A stretch of 58,145 nucleotides of DNA, from the NCBI GenBank assembly GCA_021298835.1, contig JAJTHG010000029.1, positions 1 through 58,145 on the forward strand. The letters run 5' to 3'. A program made the translations under genes and the position numbers. Shown piece after piece: positions 22,201 to 28,200 of this stretch. The notes beneath the pieces are model-generated. The model was not told where the DNA came from and searched no databases. It was given only the letters and a program-made list of their open reading frames with translations. Numbering within the stretch: position 1 is the stretch's first letter; each line of letters starts with the position of its first letter. The stretch comes from Gemmatimonadota bacterium. Lineage in GTDB: Bacteria > Gemmatimonadota > Gemmatimonadetes > Gemmatimonadales > Gemmatimonadaceae.

Positions 22201-25200
22201 CCATGGACAGTGCCGCCACCTCGACGCGGAAGCCCGGGGAGAGCGAGGGGACGCGCAGCACGCCGCTGGCCCGCACCGACATGCCTTGGGCGCCGACCGT
22301 TGCGGCGAGCGCCGGCTGGCCGCCGAGCGCCTGCAGGTCGAACTGCGCGGGGCCGAGCGCGATCGTCTGGATCGTGCCCGTCGTCGTGGCCACGTCGAGC
22401 GCACCGCCGACGGGGCCCATCGTGCCGGTGAAGAACAGCGGAGGCACGAGGCGTGCCGGGCCGGTACCGGTGGCGAACAGCGTCGCCCGCATGAGCCCGC
22501 TCAGAGCGAGCGAGGCCTGCCCGCCCGCGATCGTGAAGCGCCCACCGGTCAGCTGCAGGGTGAGCGTGTCGGTCGCGTCCTCGAAGACGGTCGTGGTGGC
22601 AACGACCCGACGGCCCGCCACGAACGTCCGGTCGTAGGTGCCCAGCTCGACCGTGCCGGACAGGCCCTGGGGCCCGACGACGAGATCCTGGACCTGTAGA
22701 TCGAGCGCCTGCAGCGCCGGCGGCAGCCGCAACCGTCCCCCGGCGGTCAGCCGGTAGCCGCCGACCGCCGCCGCGAAGGCGAGCTGCCGCACCTCGAGCG
22801 CCCCCCCGGCCACCTGCGCCGCCAGAAGCGGCGGCCGGCCGTCCGGTGCCGTGACGCCGACAGCGCCCTCCATCACCGCGAAGGTCCGCGCGTTCACCAA
22901 CAGGTCGAAGTCGACGTCCACCGTCGGCGCCGGTGCGCTGCCCTCGCGCAGGGCCGGGATCACCAGCCGCACGCCGCCGAAGCCGGGCACGGGACGGATC
23001 CGCACGTGGTTGCCGTCGATCGACGACTGGACGCGCAACCGATTCTGCTCGTCGGTCACCTCGAGGTACGCCGTGGCTTCGTCCGGCAGCCCGATGCGGC
23101 GCGGCAGGGTCGGCAACGCCGCGAGGATGTCGTCGGGATGCAGGCCGGACCGATCGAGATACGCGATCCGCCGTCCGGCGGCGCTGCGCAACTCGGCACG
23201 ACCCCGCTGCACGCCGAACGGCTCCAGCCCGAGCGTGAAGTCGTCGACGAACGCCACCGCCACGTCCGACGGCGCGTCCTGCGCGATGCCGAAGCGCGCA
23301 CTGGCCTGCGCCGACAGCGCGAGTCCGCCCTGCCCGATCGCAACCTGTGCCGGCAGGGCGAGCCGCGCGAAGGTCGCGCCCGCCGGATCGGGAGCGGCCG
23401 GATCGACCACCTGCCAGTCGAGGCGGCTCCCGGACAACCGCGCCTCCAGTCCGACGGACGCGCCGATCACCGCGCGACCGGCCGTGATGCCGAGCGACGC
23501 GACATCGAAGGTGAGGTTCTCGAATTGCACCGAGACCGGTGGCAGGCCGCCGCCCAGCGGCAGTTGCCCGCTGCCATCCACGACGACGCCCGTGCGATCG
23601 AGGCGGGCGCTCACCCCGGTGAAGCGGAAGACCGGATTCCGGCGTGGCAGGTCGAGCGCGACCGCAGCCCCGAACGACAGTGCGCCGTCGAGGATGCGCC
23701 CTTGCGCGAGGTCCATCGTGAGGGTGCCGCTCGCGCGGCCCGTCGCCCCGCCCGCGAGCACGTCGAGCGACGCCGACATCTCGCCGCGCGCCCACAGCGC
23801 CACCGGCGGGCCACCGGCCGTCACGGCTTCGTTGATGCCGAAGGTGGTGGCCCCCGGCACGAGCGTCAGCGGCCCGAGCGCGATGGGGCAGCGCGGGACC
23901 GCGTTGTCGATGCGTCCGCGGATGCCCGCCGCCCCCCCGAGCCGCAGCGACACGGCCACGGCTTGCGGCGGCACCCCCGCCGCCGCGGGACATTGCACCA
24001 GCGCCCCCTGCGCCGGCGACCCCATGAGGCGCGCCTGTCCCTCGGCGACGAGTTCGAACGTGTTCGACGGCGTCCGCTCGAGTGCCAGCGTGAGGCCCGC
24101 CCCGTTCTCGTCCCCGAACTGCAGGCGCGTTCCCAGCACGTCGAGGCCCGTCGGTCCTCGCACGCGGAGCTGCGGCATGGTGAGGCCGTCCGTCCCGATC
24201 GCGAGGCCGGCGGCCGAGACCTCGAGCCCGGCCCCGAGGCCCGGGACGCGCAGCACCCCCGAGAGCACGAGGCGCGCGCGCGTCGCGTCGGCCTCGAATG
24301 CCGCCGCCGGCTGGCCCGCCACCGGCTCGAGCGTGAAGGCCAGCGGCCCGAGCGCGAGTGCGCCGCCTGGCGCGCTCTGCGGATCCACCGTGAGCGCCGC
24401 ACCGGTGGTGCCGATGCGCCCGCGGACGAAGAGCACGCTCGCGCCCGTCGCGCCGGGGGGCGTGAAGAGCGACGAGGTGAGGCGGCCGCTCACCTGCAGC
24501 CCCGGCGTGGCGCCGAACTCGACGCGGGCCCCGGTCAGGGCCAGTCGCAACGACTCGGGGTTGCGCTCGTCCAGCGCCACCTCGCCGACCGGCGTGCGGC
24601 CCGGGACGTAGCGCTGGTCCACGACACCCACCTCGACGGCGCCGACGATCCCCGACCGCGTCAGCTCGAGCTGCTCGAACCGCACCGGCAGGTTGCGCAG
24701 CGCGGCGGGGAGTTCGGCGTCGCCCGCCACCACGACACGCGCCCCCGCCGGATCAGCGCTGAAGGTCACACGTCGCAGACCGACGGGCACGCCGCGGTCG
24801 GCGAGCGACAGCAGCGGCGGCGCGCCCGCGGGGGCCGCAGCGCTCACGCGCCCCGAAACGGGCAGCATCGTGCGCGCGTCCACCACGAGCGACATGTCGG
24901 CGTCCACCACGGGCGGGGCCTCGCCCGGTGCGCGCGCCAGTCCCGGCAGCACGAACTGCAACGGGGCATTGCGCCGCGTGGCCAGCTGCAGACGGTCGTC
25001 CGCCACGAGACCGGCATCGATCACGAGCTGCCCGGCCGGATCCTTGAGGCGCACGTACGCCACGTCGAACGACGGCAGCGCGATGCTGTCCGGCAGCGGG
25101 GGCAACGCCGCGAGGATGTTCACCGGGAAGATGCCGGCCGGCGTGAGGTAGGCGACTGCCTTGTCGTCGCGGAAGAGGTCGGCACGGCCGGATGCCACCG

Positions 25201-28200
25201 CGAACGGGGCCAGCGAGAGCGCGAAGTCCCGGGAGAACGTCAGACGCAACCCGTCGAGCGACTCGCCGAGCAGCCGGAGCGAGGCACGGGCCGACCCTTC
25301 GAGGGACACGCCACCGGCGGACAGCACCAGCGCCTCGGGGGCCTGCAGCCGCACATAGGTGCCCGTCGGTAGCGGCGCCCGGCCCGACTCGAGCGCCAGG
25401 CGAATCCCTCCGGGGCCGAATGTCCCCGTGATCGCGACGTCCCCCCGCACGACCGCGCGGCCGGCGACCACCGAGAGATCGCGAGTTGACAGACGAAGGT
25501 CCTCGAGCGTCACCCTGGCATCGATCGGTGCGGCTCCGCTGACGAGCCCACCATCCCCGGACAGCGTGAAGCCGTCCCGGTCGAGGCGGGCGGCCTTCGC
25601 CGTCAGCGTCACCACCGGTTGCGTCGCAGGAAGCCCCACGCGGAACGGCGACTCGAGGGCGATCGCCCCGTCGAGCACCGCGCCGCGCACGAGGTCCACG
25701 GTGAGCGATCCGGAGGCCGTCACCGGTGTCGCTGCTGCCGTCGCTGCTGCCGTCGCTGCTGCCGTCGACGATGCCGTCGCCGGCAGCCGCGCCGTCATGC
25801 GGCCCGAGAGCCAGATCGTCTCGCCGCTCCCTTCGACGCCGGGCGCGGGAACGTTGAAGCCGAGCTGGCTCGGCCCGGGGACGAGCGTCAGCGCGCCGAG
25901 CGAGACCGGACACTGCGGCACCAGGTTCTCGACGATGCCCGATGGCGTCCCGTCGGGCTGCAGCCGGACGCTGCCGGCAGGGAGCGGCGTGACCGTCGCC
26001 GAGGCACCCGGACACTGTCCGAACGACCCGAGCGACAGCGAGGCATCGGCCGTGACGACGACCAGCGGCCGCTTGGCCGGATCATCCGGCAGGCCACGGC
26101 TCATCGGCGTGACGAGCGAGCCGGCCAGGCGCGTGACGCGCAGTGACGGACCGTCCGCAGCGGTGCCGAGCAGCAGACTGCCGCCGCTCACCGGACGGGC
26201 CTCGATCGTGCCTACGACGTAGCCGTCGCGGAAGCCGGCGCCGAGGACGGTCAGCTCGGCCCCGCGCAGGAACGACGGCAGCGGCGCACCGTCGTCGAAC
26301 CGCAGCCCGAGGTCGAACGTGGCGCCGAACGTCCCGCGGACCGTCCCCGCGCTCCAGTCGATCTCGGTACGGGCGAGCCGGAACGCCAAGGGGCGCACGC
26401 GGAAGCCGTTCCACGTGAAGGACGCCGCCGTGAGGTTCGGGACATTGGTCTCGGGCAGCACGAGCCCGCCGCTCGACAGCACGATGTCCCGCAGCTCGGG
26501 GAGCACCAGCCCGGGCAGCTGCGTGGGAGTGATCGCCACGTCGAACTGCAGCTCCCAGTCGAAGCGGCGACGCACGGCGTCCCAGGCGATGCGAGGGGCG
26601 CGCAGCCGCCGCAACGCCACGCGCATCCCACCGAGTTCGGACTCCACCTCCGGACGGTCCGCCGTCAGGCGCGTGACCACGACCCCGGACGGCGAGAGCC
26701 GCAGCCCCACCGATGCCGTCCACGGGGCCCCGGTGGCGAGGGGCAGCTCGAGGCGACCGTCCGCCTCGACCTCGAACGACGCGGGCCCCGCCGCCCCCCG
26801 CAGCGACGCCTGCACCGCGCCGAACAGGCGGGTCAGCACGAAACGCGGCGCGCGCGGCCCCGCGTCGAGCGGCAGCACCGATTCGCCCGTCAGGTCGAAC
26901 CGCCCCGACACGTCGCCATCGGCGCTCACCGCGAGGGTGATGCCGGCCGTCGGGCCTTGCGTCGCGTCGGCGAAGCGGGTGCGCCCGCGCAGCAGCAGCT
27001 CCATCGGGCCGCCGGATCGGCGCTCGTAGGCCACTTCGTCGATCCGGAACGGGATGCCCATCGACGAGAGGTCGAACTGGTCGCGTGACGCCTCCGGCAC
27101 GGAGACGCGCACGCTGCCGGTACGCACCTCACGCGACACGGGATCGACCACGAACGAGAAGCCGGCCTGGAGACTCGGCGTCACTCCCCCGCGCGCGAGC
27201 ACCGGAAGGACGAGCGCCACCGTCGCCGTGCCGGGCGTGAAGACTCGCACGCCGGCGTCGGTGGTCTCGAAGTCCACCAGCAGGTTGCCCTGGGGATCCC
27301 GCACCTGCAGGTAGGCGGTCGCCTCGGTCGGCAGTGGCAGCCGCGCGGGGACGAGCCGGGCGACCGACTGCCAGTCGGCGTGGAAGCCCTGCGCGTCCAG
27401 CCATGCGACGCGCGAGCCTCGGCGCAGCAGCTCCGCGCGCCCCTGCTGCACGGCCGGCGGCGACATGCCGAGCCGGAAGTCGTCGACGAACCGCACGCGC
27501 AGGTCCCCGTAGTCGCTACCATCGAAGAGGAGTCGGGCGTCGGCGTCGCCGGACGCCTGCAATCCCTCGGGGGTGAGCGCGGCCTGCGCGGCGAGGTCGA
27601 GCCGCACGCCGTTGCGCAGCGTCATCGGGGCGCCGGCCGCGACCGCCTGCAGCGCCAGCCCTTGCCGACCGGTCGGTTCGAGCGACGCCTCGAGGCCGAT
27701 GGCAGCGTCGAAGGTGATGCGCCCCGCCGTCAGCTGCAGGTCGGACGCGTCGAGCGTTGCGGCGGCGAACGTGACGCCGATCGGTGCCGTCTCACCGACG
27801 AGCAGCAGGCCCCGGCCGTCCACCTGAAGGCCGGCCGACGTCAGGGCGACGCTGTTCACCTGGAAGCGCAGCAGCGGTGCCTCGCGCGGCATGTCGAGCC
27901 GCAGCGGTCCCTGGAAAACCAGCTGGCCGTCGCGGAGCCGTCCGGCGATCGCGTCCACGACGACGGCCCCGCGTGCGCGCACGGGCTGGTCCGCGAGCCG
28001 GAGCTCCGCCTCTGCGTCGAAGGCGAGGTCGATCGCCTGCCGCCCGTCCCGTTCGGACAAGCGCACCTCGAGACTGGCGGCCTGCAGTTGCGCGCCGCCG
28101 AGGGCCACAGGACACGGCAGGGCGATCCCGGAGGCGGTTCCCCGCACCAGCGGCAGGGGCCACGCGGCCGTCGGGGGCCCGACGATCGCCACGGGGTCGC